64,000 nt of DNA from positions 64,001 through 128,000 of the forward strand of contig CAWJGT010000014.1 of NCBI GenBank assembly GCA_963842525.1, given 5' to 3'. This DNA is from an uncultured Holophagales bacterium (GTDB lineage: Bacteria > Acidobacteriota > Thermoanaerobaculia > Multivoradales > UBA5704). The translations under genes were made by a program, and so were the position numbers. The notes under the pieces are model-generated. The model was given only the letters and a program-made list of their open reading frames with translations, was not told the origin of the DNA and did not search any database. Below, in pieces: positions 8,819 to 19,679 of this stretch (positions are counted from its first letter, which is position 1; every line of letters begins with the position of its first letter).

Positions 8819-11800
8819 GGCCTCGCCTCCTCCAGAGGTTCTCCTTCGCGCTCCACCCGCTCCCGCTCCAACAGCATCCTCTGCACGTCGTCCTCCGACA
8901 GCTCGCTGAGCTGGAGGACCATGGCCGCGATCTCCTCCAGCTCGATCCCCTCGCTGCGACCGAGCGCCTCGGCCGTCGCCGCCACACCCGCCACCGTCGG
9001 GGCTTCGAGCAGGGCGCGCAGCGGCAGCTCGATCTGGAGCAGCGAGCGCAGCCGCGAGACCGCCTGGGTCGCGAGCAGCGAGTGCCCCCCCAGCTCGAAG
9101 AAGTTGTCCGTGGCCCCCACCTGCGGCGCCCCCAGGAGGTCGCTCCACACGCCGGCGATGACCGTCTCAATCGCCGTCCGCGGCGGCACGGGCTCGCGGG
9201 CGCCGGCCTGCACGGGCTCGGGATCCGGCAGGGCGCGGCGGTCCACCTTGCCGTTGGGCGACAGCGGCAGGGCGTTCAGGACAACCCAGGCCGTCGGGAC
9301 CATGGCCTCGGGCAGCCGGCCGCGCAGGAACGCCGCCAGATCGGAGGTCTCCACCGGCCGGCGCGGCACCACATAACCGACCAGCCGCGGCGCGCCGCCC
9401 GGCCCCGGCCGGGCCGTCACCACCGCCTCCTGCACCGCTTCGTGCTGCGCCAGGGCCGCGGTGATCTCCCCCAGCTCGATCCGTACGCCGCGCACTTTCA
9501 CCTGAAAATCGAGCCGCCCCAGCAGCTCGAGCTGGCCGTCCGGCCGCAGGCGCGCCAGGTCGCCCGTGCGATAGAGGCGGCTTCCCGGCTGGCCGCCAAA
9601 GAAACATCCAAAAGCATCGGGGACGAACTTCGAAGCCGTCAGGTCCGGCCGGCCGAAATAGCCGTGGCCGACGCCGATGCTGCCCAGCAGCAGCTCACCC
9701 GGAACGCCGACCGGCATCGGCTGCAGGAGCCGGTCGACCACATGCGCGCGCTGGTTGGCCATCGGCCGGCCGTAGGGGATGCTGCTCCACTCCGGCCGAA
9801 CTTCCTCCACGTTATAGATCGTGGAGTCCATCGAGACCTCGGTGGCACCGCCCAGGCTGATCACCGTGGCACCAGGCGCGAAGCGGCGAAGGCGGTCCGG
9901 CAGCGACAGCGGGATCCAGTCGCCGCCCAGCAAAACCAAGCGGAGATCGAGCCCCTCACTCCCTGCCCCATCCTTATTGTCCTTGACGTCCTTTGTGTCC
10001 TTTTGGCTCTCCAGATGCTGCACCAGCAGCTCCAGAAGCGCCGGCGCCGAGTGCCAGAGGGTGACCCGGTGCCGTTTCAGAAGCTCCGCCCAGCGCGCCG
10101 GATCGAGAGCGTCCGCGGCCCGCGGCAGCACGATCGCGGCGCCGGCCGCCAGGGTCCCGAAGACGTCGTAGGCGGTCATGTCGAAACCGAGCGAGGAAAC
10201 GGCCAGCAGCCGGTCGCCTGGCTCGACGTCGAAGCGCCGGTCGAAGTCCAGGAAGTTGTTGACCCGCCCGCGATGATCCAGCATGACCCCCTTGGGCGTG
10301 CCGGTCGATCCGGAGGTGTAGATCACATAGGCCGGGCTCTCCGGCATCGCCTGGGTCTCCAACGCGGTCGGTCCCTCCTGCCCCTCACTATTCAGAGTGT
10401 CGAGGCGGAGGACCGGCGCGCCATTCAAGAGCCCGCTTTTAAGCTTCGTTTGCGTGAGCAGTACAGCCGCCCGCGCGTCCTCTGCCATCAGAGCCAGCCG
10501 GGCCTGCGGATAGGCAGGGTCGAGTGGCACATAGGCGCCGCCAGCCTGCGCGATCCCTACCAGGCCGGCGACCATGTCCGTTGAACGCTCGACATTGATC
10601 CCTACCCGGTCGCCCGGCGTGACGCCCATCGAGCGCAGATGGCGGGCCAACTGGCTCGCCCGGTCCCGCAGCTCGCGGTAGGTCAGGCTCTCGTCCGCGG
10701 ACAGCACGGCCAGCGCCCCTGGGGCGCGCTCGGCCTGCTCCAGGAACAGGCTGTAGAGGGTGGCGTCCTCCGGGAAGTCGGTCCCCGTGTCGTTCCACTC
10801 GACACCGAGCTGATGCCGCTCCCCCGCCGACAGTAGCGGCAGCTCGGAGGCCGGCCGGTCCGGCTCGGCGAGAGCCGCGGTCAAAAGAGCCTCCCAATGG
10901 CCGAGCCAGCGATCGACCGTCGGCGCGTTCGAACAGGTCGGCGCTGTGCTCCACGCCGCCGCCCAGCCCTCCCTCGTTCTCGACCCCCATCAGGTCGAAA
11001 TCGAACTTGGCCGTGCCGCTGTGGAGATCGAGGGACGACAGCTCCAGGCCCGGCATGCGCAGCGGCGCAGCCGCCGGGGTGTTGTGCAGGGCGAACATGA
11101 CCTGGAAGAGCGGGTTGTGGCTGACGTCCCGCTCCGCGGTCGCGGCCTTGACCACCTCCTCGAACGGGAGGTCCTGGTGCCCGTAGGCGCCCAGCGTGAC
11201 CTCGCGCACCTGCTCCACCAATGCGCGGAAGCCGGGATCGCCCGCGAGATCGGCCCGCAGCACGAGCGTGTTGACGAAAAACCCGATCAGCCCCTCGATC
11301 TCGGCGCGGTTGCGGTTGGCGATCGGTGTGCCCACGGACAGGTCGGTCTGTCCGGTCAGGCGGTGGAGCAGCACGAAGAAGGCGGCGAGGCCGGTCATGA
11401 ACGGCGGCGCGCCCTGGCGCTGGCCGAGCTCACGGGCCGCGGACCACAGCCGCGGACCGATCCAGACCGGCCGGCGCCCGCCACGGAAGGTCGACACAGC
11501 CGACCGCCGCCGGTCCGCCGGAAGCTCCAGCACCGGCGGCGCGCCTGCCAGCCGCTTGCGCCACCAGGCGAGCTCGCGCTCCAGCGTCTCCCCCTGCAGC
11601 CGGCCGCGCTGCCAGACCGCAAAGTCGGCGTACTGGACCGGCAGCTCCGGCAGGCCGTGCCGCCGGCGCTCCCGGAAGGCCTCGTAGATCGTCGCGACCT
11701 CGCCGAAGAGCACGCCCACGGACCAGCCGTCCGCGGCGATATGGTGCAGGTTGACCAAGGCGATGTGCTCCTCAGGGCCGGTCCGCACGAGGGAGGCGCG

Positions 11801-13597
11801 GAAGAGAGTGTCCCGGGCCAGATCGAACGACCGCCCGGCCTCCTCCTGCGCCAGCCGCCGGACCTCGGCCTCCCGCGCCGCCTCCGGGACTTCCCGGAGA
11901 TCGATCACCGGCACCGCGAGATCGGGCGCGGCAACGATCACCTGGCGCGGCTGGCCCTCGGCCTCTGGAAACGTCGTACGGAGCGCCTCATGCCGGCGGA
12001 TGATCTCGCCGAGGGCCGCCCGGAAAGCCGGCACGTCGAGCGTGCCGCGCAGCCGCGCCGCGGCCGGGATGTTGTAGACCGGATTGCCCGGCTCCCACTG
12101 GTCCAGGAACCAGAGCCGCTGCTGCGCGAAGGACAGCGGCAGGTCGCCGTCGCGGGAAGCGCGCGGGATCGGCGGCGTCCCACCGTCCTTCTGCGCCGCC
12201 TTCTTGCGCAGCCGGAGCATCAACAGCGCCCGCTGCTCCGCCGTCAGCCCCGCCAGATCGCCTGGAGCCCCCTCCCCCGACCCCTCCCCCGCGCGGCCGC
12301 CACCCGCCACCCCGAGCGGGAGAGGGGCGCCACCATTCAACCCTCTCTCCTTCCCCCTCTCCCGTTCGGGGTGGCGGGCCGGGGGACGCACGGGAGAGGG
12401 GGCCAGGGGGTGAGGGCTCCGCCGGTCCGTCCGCTCCAGGATCGCCTCGAAAGGCTCCACGCCGAGGCCGACGACGAACCGGTGGGCCGCCTCGCGCGCC
12501 GCGGCCGACTGCCGGGCATAGAGGCCGGGATCACCGAGCAGCCGCGAGAGCGCCTCGCGCCAGGGGCCGATGTCCTGCGCCGGCACGACCGGCTCGGTGA
12601 CCTCGTTGGCATCCTGCCGATCGGTAAACTCCTCGATCGGGCGGACCGGTAGCACGAAGTCGGTCCCCAGCTTCGCCTCGGGCAGACCGCCGACGTCGCT
12701 CGCCAGCACCGGAATCCCCCGCAGCATCGCCTCGACGGCGGTGACGCCGAAAGCCTCCTGCCAGAGCGAGGGCATCAGCAGGACCCGGGTGCGCGCATAG
12801 ATCCGATCCACGTCATCAGCGGGCTCGAGCAGCGTGACGTTGGGCAGGGCTTCGAGCGCCTCCCGGTCCGGAGGCGTCGTCCCCCACGTCGGCACCGCCG
12901 CGAAGCGCACCCCTGGGAGGCTGCGAGCCAGCTCCAGGAAGATCGGCAGCCCCTTCACCGCGCAGGGATTGATCAGGGTGACGAAGCCGTCCGCATTGTC
13001 CTGCCCGAAGTCGGGAAACGGCCCGGAGCCGTAGATCGGAAAAGGAAAGACCTCGGCCTCCATCCCTCCCCACTGCCGGATGTAGCCGGCCACGAACCGG
13101 CTGACCGCCACGATCCGGTCCACCTGGCCGAGCATCCGGCTCCGCCGCTCGCTGGGATAGAACGCCTGCGGCCCGAACGGCAGGAAAGCCGGCGTATGGG
13201 AGAGATAGACGACCGGAGCGAGCTGCGCCTTGAGCGCCGCATCCAGCAGGTTCTGCGACGGGTCCTCCGATGACACCAGCACCCGGTCCGGCGCGAAGCT
13301 CCGGAGCCGCTCGACCAGCTCGGTCCGCAACCGCGCAGGGTCGGCCACCGCATGGACCTCGACGCCGCCGGAGCGGAACACATCGACGCCCTCACCCCGC
13401 TCCACTGCAATCCCCCGGGCCTCCAGCTTCGCAAGCACTTCCTCGCGTGTCCACCGGGACGGCACGGCCAGAGCCGGCACCACGGCCCGCACCACGTGAC
13501 CGCGTGCCGCAAGCCCCTCAGCCAACGCCCGGTTGCACTTGTTCGCCCCTCCTACAGCGGGGAACCACGGCAGATTCATGGTGAACAGGATCTTCAT
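8815..13597 (-). CDS. NRPS with N-terminal family-4 glycosyltransferase: GT4-C-A-T (frameshift near 10900)
   Basis: GT-B motifs GGANK and LLMPSLWQEAFGVTAVEAMLRGIPVLASDVGGLPEA; C domain LSFAQQRLWF, HHIAADGWS; A domain YVIYTSGSTGTPKG, YRTGDL, NGKVDR; T domain FFELGGHSLL. Joins ORFs 10439..13597 and 8815..10884. Confidence 0.9.
12267..12417. repeat. Palindromic repeat translated in frame between the GT and C domains
   Basis: Encodes PHPLAPSPVRPPARHPERERG...GGGRAGEGSGEG; ends GGGAGAGGGGGCCAGGGGGTGAGG on the + strand. Confidence 0.75.
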
Positions 13598-13729
13598 CGT
13601 TGCGGTCTCGGTGCGGACTTCCCTGCGGAGCGGGACACCAGGGTGTCCCGTCCGGTGCGGGGAGAGGCCGTCCCCCCGGCGGAGTGGGCGAAACAGAGTA
13701 CCACGGTCGTGCCGCGGATTGGCTGGGGG

Positions 13730-15295
13730 TCAGGATGGAGCCGACAGGTCTTCAGGGCCGGGTTCGATCGATAGGAAGTGCACCCGGCCGGACTCATCCC
13801 CGACGATTAGCCTTCCAGTCTCCGGGGAATAGGCCACCGAGCGCGGAGGTACCGAAGCGTCCCATCGGACGAGCCGGATACGATGCAACGGCAGTTCACC
13901 AACGCCACCGCGCTGACCCCACCGGTGTGCCCTTCGAGGATGCCGAGAGTCTCGCCGCTTTCAAGGTCCCATAACCGAAGCGTCTTGTCAGACGAGGCGG
14001 ACACCGCGCGACGGCCGTCTACCATCGCCACCGCGTTGACTCCAGCGGTGTGCCCTTCCAGAATGCGCAGGAGCTCGCCGCTTTCAAAGTCCCACAACCG
14101 CAGCGTCCTGGCCGAGACGGATACCGCTCGACGGTCGTCTACAACCGCCACCGCGCGGACCCCAAAGGTGTGTCCTTCCAGAGTGCGCAGGACCCTGCCG
14201 CTTTCCAAGTCCCATAACCGGAGCGTGCTGTCGTCCGAGACGGACACCACGCGACGATCGTCCACCACCGCCACCGCTCTGACCCAACTGGTGTGCCCTT
14301 CGAGGCTGCGCAGAGTCTCACCGCTTTCTAGGTCCCACACTCGAAGTGTCTGGTCGGACGAGGCAGACACCACACGGCGGCCGTCCACCACCGCCACTGC
14401 ATTGACCCAAGCCGTGTGCCCTTCAAAAGTGCGGATCAGGGGGCCTCCCGGGGGTGTCAGGTTTGCGTGTTTCGGCTGCAGCCAGATTCCGTGATTCCCA
14501 TCCCGAGATCTCCGTAGCAGTCTCTGAATCCCAGGCTCCTCCCGGTCCAGAAGCCGGCCGAGCAGCTGAGGAGCGAGCTGCGGTTTATCTCTCGCCAGGA
14601 CATGTGCCGAGAGCCGGAGGGCTCCCTCGACCAGCCGCAGCTCTTTGTCCTCCTCGCCCCGGAACCAGGAGTAGTCCGCGAGTATTTTCACTACACCGCC
14701 TCCAGATCGTCGTGAATCTCCTGGAGCGCCTGCGTCAGGGAGACCCCATCTTCCTCCACCAGCTCGCGGAGCTGTCGGTTCACGATCTTGAGAAGCAAGG
14801 GCCACTCGCCGAGCCGAGCAGCAAGGACGTTGAAGCTGGCCATATTGCCGTCCGCCAAGCCTGTGCCGAGGAGGGCTACTGCCTCAGAGCTGGCCATGGC
14901 ATCGACCTCGATGGAGATGCGGTCCGGCGGCAGAGTGCGGCTGTCCCGAGTGGTCACGAGCAGGGCAAAGCCGGAGCCGATCCCTCGGAAAGGCTCGATG
15001 TCCTCGGGCCGCCAGACATCGTCGACCACGAGAAGAGCTCGATTATCGGTCAGCACCTCGCGGAGCTTGGCGCCCGCAGTTGTCGCGGTCTCGAAGGCGG
15101 GCGGCTCTTCGTTGCGGCCCGGGTGGCACCCCTGAATCCCGCAGAGAAGGCGGTGGAAGGCATCAGCATCCTTCAGGCCAGACCGGAAGTCCACCCAGAT
15201 GAGACGGCGCAGGAAGCGGGGAAGCTCCGGCTTGTCAGGCTGGCGTGATCCAGGAAGGAGCACCGGAATGACGCGGAAATCCCCGTTGCTTACCC
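13730..15295 (-). pseudogene. Decayed TIR-NB-ARC-WD40 (NLR/APAF-1-like) gene
   Basis: TIR C-terminal part RVIPVLLPG...LPRFLRRLIWVDFR; NB-ARC Walker B LLVVDDVW, LLVTTR, EWPLLL; helical LRLSAHVLARDKPQLAPQLLGRL; five WD40 repeats (EGHT...AVAVVDGRRVVSASSDQTLRVWD). No Walker A; stop at 14691; last repeat GDESGRVHFL is out of frame. Confidence 0.72.
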
Positions 15296-15320
15296 GCTCG
15301 TCAAGCGCTCGTGCGCGGGC

Positions 15321-15668
15321 CGCACGGGGTCCAGCGGCTGCCACACGGGGTCGTGCGGCGGCGGCACGGGCTCGTGCGCGGGCTGCACGGGGTCGGGCGG
15401 CGGCGGCACGGGGTCGGGCGCGAGCCGCGCGGGGTCGGGCGGCTGCGGCACGAGGTCGAGCGGCAGCCACACGGGGTCGGGCCGCAGCCGCACGAGGTCG
15501 GGCCGCAGCCGCACGGGGTCGGGCGGCAGCCGCAGGGGGTCGTGCGCGGGCCACACGAGGTCGGGCGGCTGCCACACGAGGTCGGGCGGCAGCGGCACGA
15601 GCCCGTGCGGCTGCCGCTGGAGGTCGTGCGCGAGCGGCACGAGGCCCGGCAGCGGCCGCGCGAGGACG
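15321..15668. repeat. 21-nt tandem repeat, about 16-17 degenerate copies
   Basis: Consensus GCACGRGGTCGGGCGGCWGCC; heptad-periodic open frames on both strands. Confidence 0.85.
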
Positions 15669-16024
15669 CGTTCCTGGCACTGGCTCCCCTGCGGCTCGCA
15701 CGACATGGCCTCGTTCTCCTCAGCAAGCCTGCCGATGTGCATATTCTCCAGGATTCACATCCAGACGTCAACCAGATCTCTAGACATCCTCTGCCATGTC
15801 CAGTAAGCTACAGCATATCGAGCCGAGGCCGACACACTGTTTTGTCGCTCGGGCCAAGCTCTTTGACAATTGAAGCAAACGATAGAAACGGTTCGGGCCG
15901 TGGCCCGCCCAAGCCAGGCCCGAGCTTTTTTTAGCACCGCGGCCGGACACCGTCTTTCGACCTTGGGTCAGAAGTGCGTCTACCGCACCCCTCGGGCTCC
16001 GGCGTTCTGTGTACAATCCGGTGT

Positions 16025-16240
16025 ATGGTCAGGAGCTACACGGCGAAGTACTCGAAGATTGACTCCGGCTATCTGGGGCAGCTCATTGAGTGGCCAGAGG
16101 TGGTCACCGAGGGCGGCGACATCGAAGAGTGCCGCTCGATGCTGCAGGACGCCCTCCGCGAGATGGTCCTGGCATAGCAGCAGCAAGACAAGCAGATCCC
16201 CCTGGTCAAAGATCTCCTCGAGCAGGTATCCGTGGGCTGA
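16025..16240 (+). pseudogene. hicB: HicB-family antitoxin with in-frame stop, no adjacent hicA
   Basis: MVRSYTAKYSKIDSGYLGQLIEWPEVVTEGGDIEECRSMLQDALREMVLA, TAG at 16175-16177, then QQQDKQIP...TGA at 16240. Confidence 0.62.
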
Positions 16241-16269
16241 CGCCGAAATTCTGAGATCTCCAGGTCACC

Positions 16270-18682
16270 TTGCGAGAGATCCGACAAGCCATCCGCCGGC
16301 TCGTCCGTACCCCTGGGCTGGCGGTCGCCGCGATCCTCTGCGCCGCGCTGGGCGTCGGCGCCGTAGGAGCGAGCTTTTCGCTCGTCGAATCCGTCCTGCT
16401 GCGTCCCCTCCCCTATCCAGAGGCCGGACGCCTGGTGATGGTGTGGGAGCGGGCTCTCGACGGCTCCGCCGAGCAGATCGTCTGCTCCTGGGCCAATTTC
16501 CTCGACTGGCGGGAGCGGAGCCGGAGCTTCGACAGGTTCGCCGCCTTCAACGTCTGGTTCCCGAGCGTGACCGGGACCGACCGCCCCGAGCGCCTGCTCG
16601 GTGCCGAGGCTACTCCGGAATTCTTCTCCGTCCTGGGCGCCAAGCCTGCCCTCGGCCGGCTGTTCCACTCCGAGGAGGGGCAGCCAGGGCGCAATGCCGT
16701 GGTGGTGCTCGGCTACGGCCTCTGGCACAGACGGTTCGGCGGTGACCCACAGGTGCTCGGACGGCGGATCGAGCTGGATGGTGCTCCGTACAGCGTCGTC
16801 GGAGTGCTGTCTCCGGGCTTCCGGCACCCCGAGCCGCTCTACTTCGACGAAACCACGGAGCTCTGGAAGCCGCTGGCCATCGAGGCCGGCACGGTGCCCC
16901 GCAGCAGCCGCTTCCTGCGCACGATCGGCCGCCTCGCGCCGGGGGTCGCACTGGACGCGGCGCAGGCCGAGATGGATGGGACCGCACGGCAGCTCGAGCG
17001 GGAGCACCCGTCCGACAACGAAGGGCTCGGCGTGCGGCTCGTCCCCCTCCACGAGCAGGTGGTGGGCGAGGTCCGGCCCGTCCTGCGGCTCGCCTTCGCG
17101 GCGTCGTTCCTGGTCCTGCTCATCGCCTGCGCCAACATCTCGGGCCTGCTGTTGGCTGCTGCCATCGGCCGCTCGCGGGAGACCGCGGTGCGCGCCGCCC
17201 TCGGCGCCGGCCGTGGACGCCTCGCGGTCCCGCTCCTTCTCGACGCCCTGCTGTTGACGCTGGCGGGCGGTGCGGCAGGGCTGGCGGTCGCGTCTCCGGC
17301 GATGCGCCTGCTCCTGGCCCGGAGCCCCAAAGCCTTTCCGCGCGCCGAGGAGGTCGGGATCGACGGCCGCGTCCTCGCCATGGCGTTGGGAGCATGCCTC
17401 CTCGCGGCCGTGCTCGCGGCCCTGGCGCCGGCCCTGCGCGCGGTCGCGCAGCCGGCCGGCCGAGGTCCTCCAGGAGGGGAGCCCCGGCGCGGGGAGCGCG
17501 CGCGGCGGACGGCTGCTGGCCCTGCTGGTGGTCCTGGAGACCGCGCTCGCCCTGCCGCTCCTCGCCGGAACGGGCCTGCTGGCAAAGAGCCTCGCCGGGC
17601 TGTCCCAGGTCCCCCTCGGGTTCGCGGCGGAGGACGTGCTGACGCTGCGCCTGGAGCTGCCGGCCGGGACCTATCCGGAGGCGGCGGATCGGCGGGCCTT
17701 CGCCGAGCGCCTCCTGGAACGGGTCGCCGCGCTGCAAGGCGTCCGGTCAGCCGGGCTCACCTCGACTCTTCCCCTCTCGGGGCTCTATGACATCAGCCGC
17801 GAGGCCATCCTCGATCCGCCGCCGCCCCAAGGGCCGGCTTCGATGCAGGCGGGATACCGGTCCGTCAGCCCCGGCTATTTTCAGGCTTTGGGCATCCCCG
17901 TCCTGGCCGGACGGCCCTTCGGCTCGGGGGACGGTCCCGAAGCGTTCGACGTGGCGCTGGTCAACCGGGCCTTTGCCAAGGCCGCCTGGGGTGACGCGAG
18001 CCCGCTCGGCCGAAAGGTAGTGCTGCGGAGCACGTCCGGCGACGTGACCCGGGAGGTCGTAGGCCTGGTCGGCGACGTGCGCCACGAAGGTCCGGCCGTG
18101 GAGCCGAAGCCGGAGATCTTCGTGCCGCAGTCCCAGAGCCCGACCCGCTTCGCGGCGTTGGTGGTGCGGGCCGAGGGGAGGACCGAGGCTCTGGCCGGCG
18201 CGCTCCGGAATGCGGTCCGCGAGATCGATCCGGATCTGCCGGCCGAGATTCGACCGATGGCCGAGCTGACGCACGGCGCCACAGCAGGGCCGCGCTTTCA
18301 GCTTCTGGTCGCCGGTCTACTCGGCACGGCCGCCGTGATCCTGGTGGCCGCGGGGATCGGCGGCGTAACCGCCTATTCGACGGCGCGGCGGACCCGCGAG
18401 ATCGGCATCCGCATGGCGCTCGGCGCCGGGCGGCGCGAGATCCTCCTCCTGGTGCTCCGCCGTGCTCTCGGGCTGACGCTGGCCGGCACGGTGCTCGGTC
18501 TGGCCGGCGCCCGGATCCTCACCCGCGGCATCGCCGGAATGCTTTTCGGGGTCGAGCCGGCCGACCCGGCAATGCTGGCCGCCGCGGCCCTGCTCCTCCT
18601 GCTGGTCGGTCTGGCCGCCGGCTGGCTCCCGGCCCGCCGCGCCCTAGGGGTCGATCCCGCCTCGGCACTGCGGTCGGAGTGA
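16270..18682 (+). CDS. ABC transporter permease, duplicated MacB/FtsX type (ADOP-like); frameshift near 17450
   Basis: VLLRPLPYPEAGRLV, VLLIACANISGLLLA, AVRAALGAGRGRL; second half TREIGIRMALGAGR...RALGVDPASALRSE. Joins ORFs 16270..17790 and 17270..18682. Confidence 0.87.
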
Positions 18683-18684
18683 GG

Positions 18685-18886
18685 CCTCACCCCCTGTCCC
18701 CCTCTCCCATCGCCCTCCCACCAACCGGGAGAGGGGGGACGTAGCTCGGGCTTGCAGGCGAGGTCGAGGCTTTTTCATGAGGGAGCCCCTGAGGAGCTCC
18801 GGCAAGCTACCTCCTCAGAGCAGCAACCACGTCCCCCCTCTCCCGGGGGAAGGGAGGGAGATGGGAGAGGGGGACAGGGGGTGAGG
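18685..18886. repeat. Full palindromic repeat between convergent genes
   Basis: CCTCACCCCCTGTCCCCCTCTCCCATC at left and GATGGGAGAGGGGGACAGGGGGTGAGG at right (terminal inverted repeats with internal hairpins). Confidence 0.8.
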
Positions 18887-18890
18887 ACAC

Positions 18891-19670
18891 CTACCCCACG
18901 AGATACCCCGCCGCCCGCATCTCCTCGAACAAGCCGGCCGGCAGCCCCGTGCGCGTGCAGAGATCCTCCACGGAGCTCTCTCCGTCGCACGCGGCAAGCG
19001 CCCTCCCCTGCCCGGCGGGGATCGACTTCATCGCCACCCGGCCCACGCCCGAGGCCGTGAGGAGCAGCCAGTGTTCCCCTTCCGGCAGGCCGTCCGGAGC
19101 CTGCTTCGCATCGAGAGCCTGGAGCACGGCGTCCGGATCGTGCCGGTAGCGGACCACCCGGCAGAGAGGATGGAGACGGAGGACGCAGGCGTCCGGAGCG
19201 GCGGTGGAGGGGGGCTCCGCGGGCGGCTGCCAGGCGCCGCCGGCTCGCCCCAGGTGGAGCATCGCCACCTCCGTCTCCAGCACCTCCTTGACGAAGCCGT
19301 TCACCAGACTGCCGTCGCGGAGCCGGGCGACGAGAAAATCCGCGAAGCTCAAGGCCTCGCGCAGGTAGATCTGCGTCTCCGGGGGGTGCTCGCTCCAGTA
19401 GGCCTGCACCATCTCCTTGAGCCCGCGCGGGCCGAGCACCCGGCAGGTGCGCGGCAGGGTGTTCGAGAGCATGCTCAGGCGGTTGGCGCGGTGGAGCATC
19501 GTCCCGGTCCGCAGCCTCGGGTCCTTCGCCAGCGTTTCGAGACGCCGCCGCTCCCGTGCGGAGAGGTCGAACGCGGCGAGGCTCTGCTCCGGGTCTTCGG
19601 CGACCCGCGCCCGGAAGGCGGACGACATCACCAGCTCGGAAAACGCCTGCTGGAAACCTTGGAGAGACAC
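18891..19670 (-). CDS. Putative MNIO partner protein (DUF2063/RRE-like)
   Basis: Starts about 10 nt after the DUF692 gene; MSLQGFQQAFSELV..., LPRTCRVLG...AYWSEHPP...EALSFADFL and a C-terminal winged-helix-like segment (ALAACDGESSVEDL...AAGYL) resemble DUF692 partners. Confidence 0.68.
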   Translation of the reverse strand: MSLQGFQQAFSELVMSSAFRARVAEDPEQSLAAFDLSARERRRLETLAKDPRLRTGTMLHRANRLSMLSNTLPRTCRVLGPRGLKEMVQAYWSEHPPETQIYLREALSFADFLVARLRDGSLVNGFVKEVLETEVAMLHLGRAGGAWQPPAEPPSTAAPDACVLRLHPLCRVVRYRHDPDAVLQALDAKQAPDGLPEGEHWLLLTASGVGRVAMKSIPAGQGRALAACDGESSVEDLCTRTGLPAGLFEEMRAAGYLVG

Positions 19671-19679
19671 CGGATGCGG

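Noticed and set aside
15894-15932. Intrinsic terminator CGGGCC...GGCCCGAGCTTTTTT
   Set aside because: Long imperfect loop and no credible plus-strand gene immediately upstream.
15290-15934. Repeat-rich ORFs (HGVGR, PDPVR, AAARPR) as real proteins
   Set aside because: Several frames are open simply because of the 21-nt repeat; no convincing RBS or domain supports any one of them.
16175-16177. In-frame TAG in hicB as stop-codon readthrough
   Set aside because: No recoding machinery seen; a single TAC/TAT-to-TAG change in an orphan antitoxin is simpler.
16270-18682. Permease as the dedicated exporter of the cluster
   Set aside because: It is on the opposite strand with no ATPase gene, and this permease type is highly multicopy in Acidobacteriota; a role is possible but unsupported.
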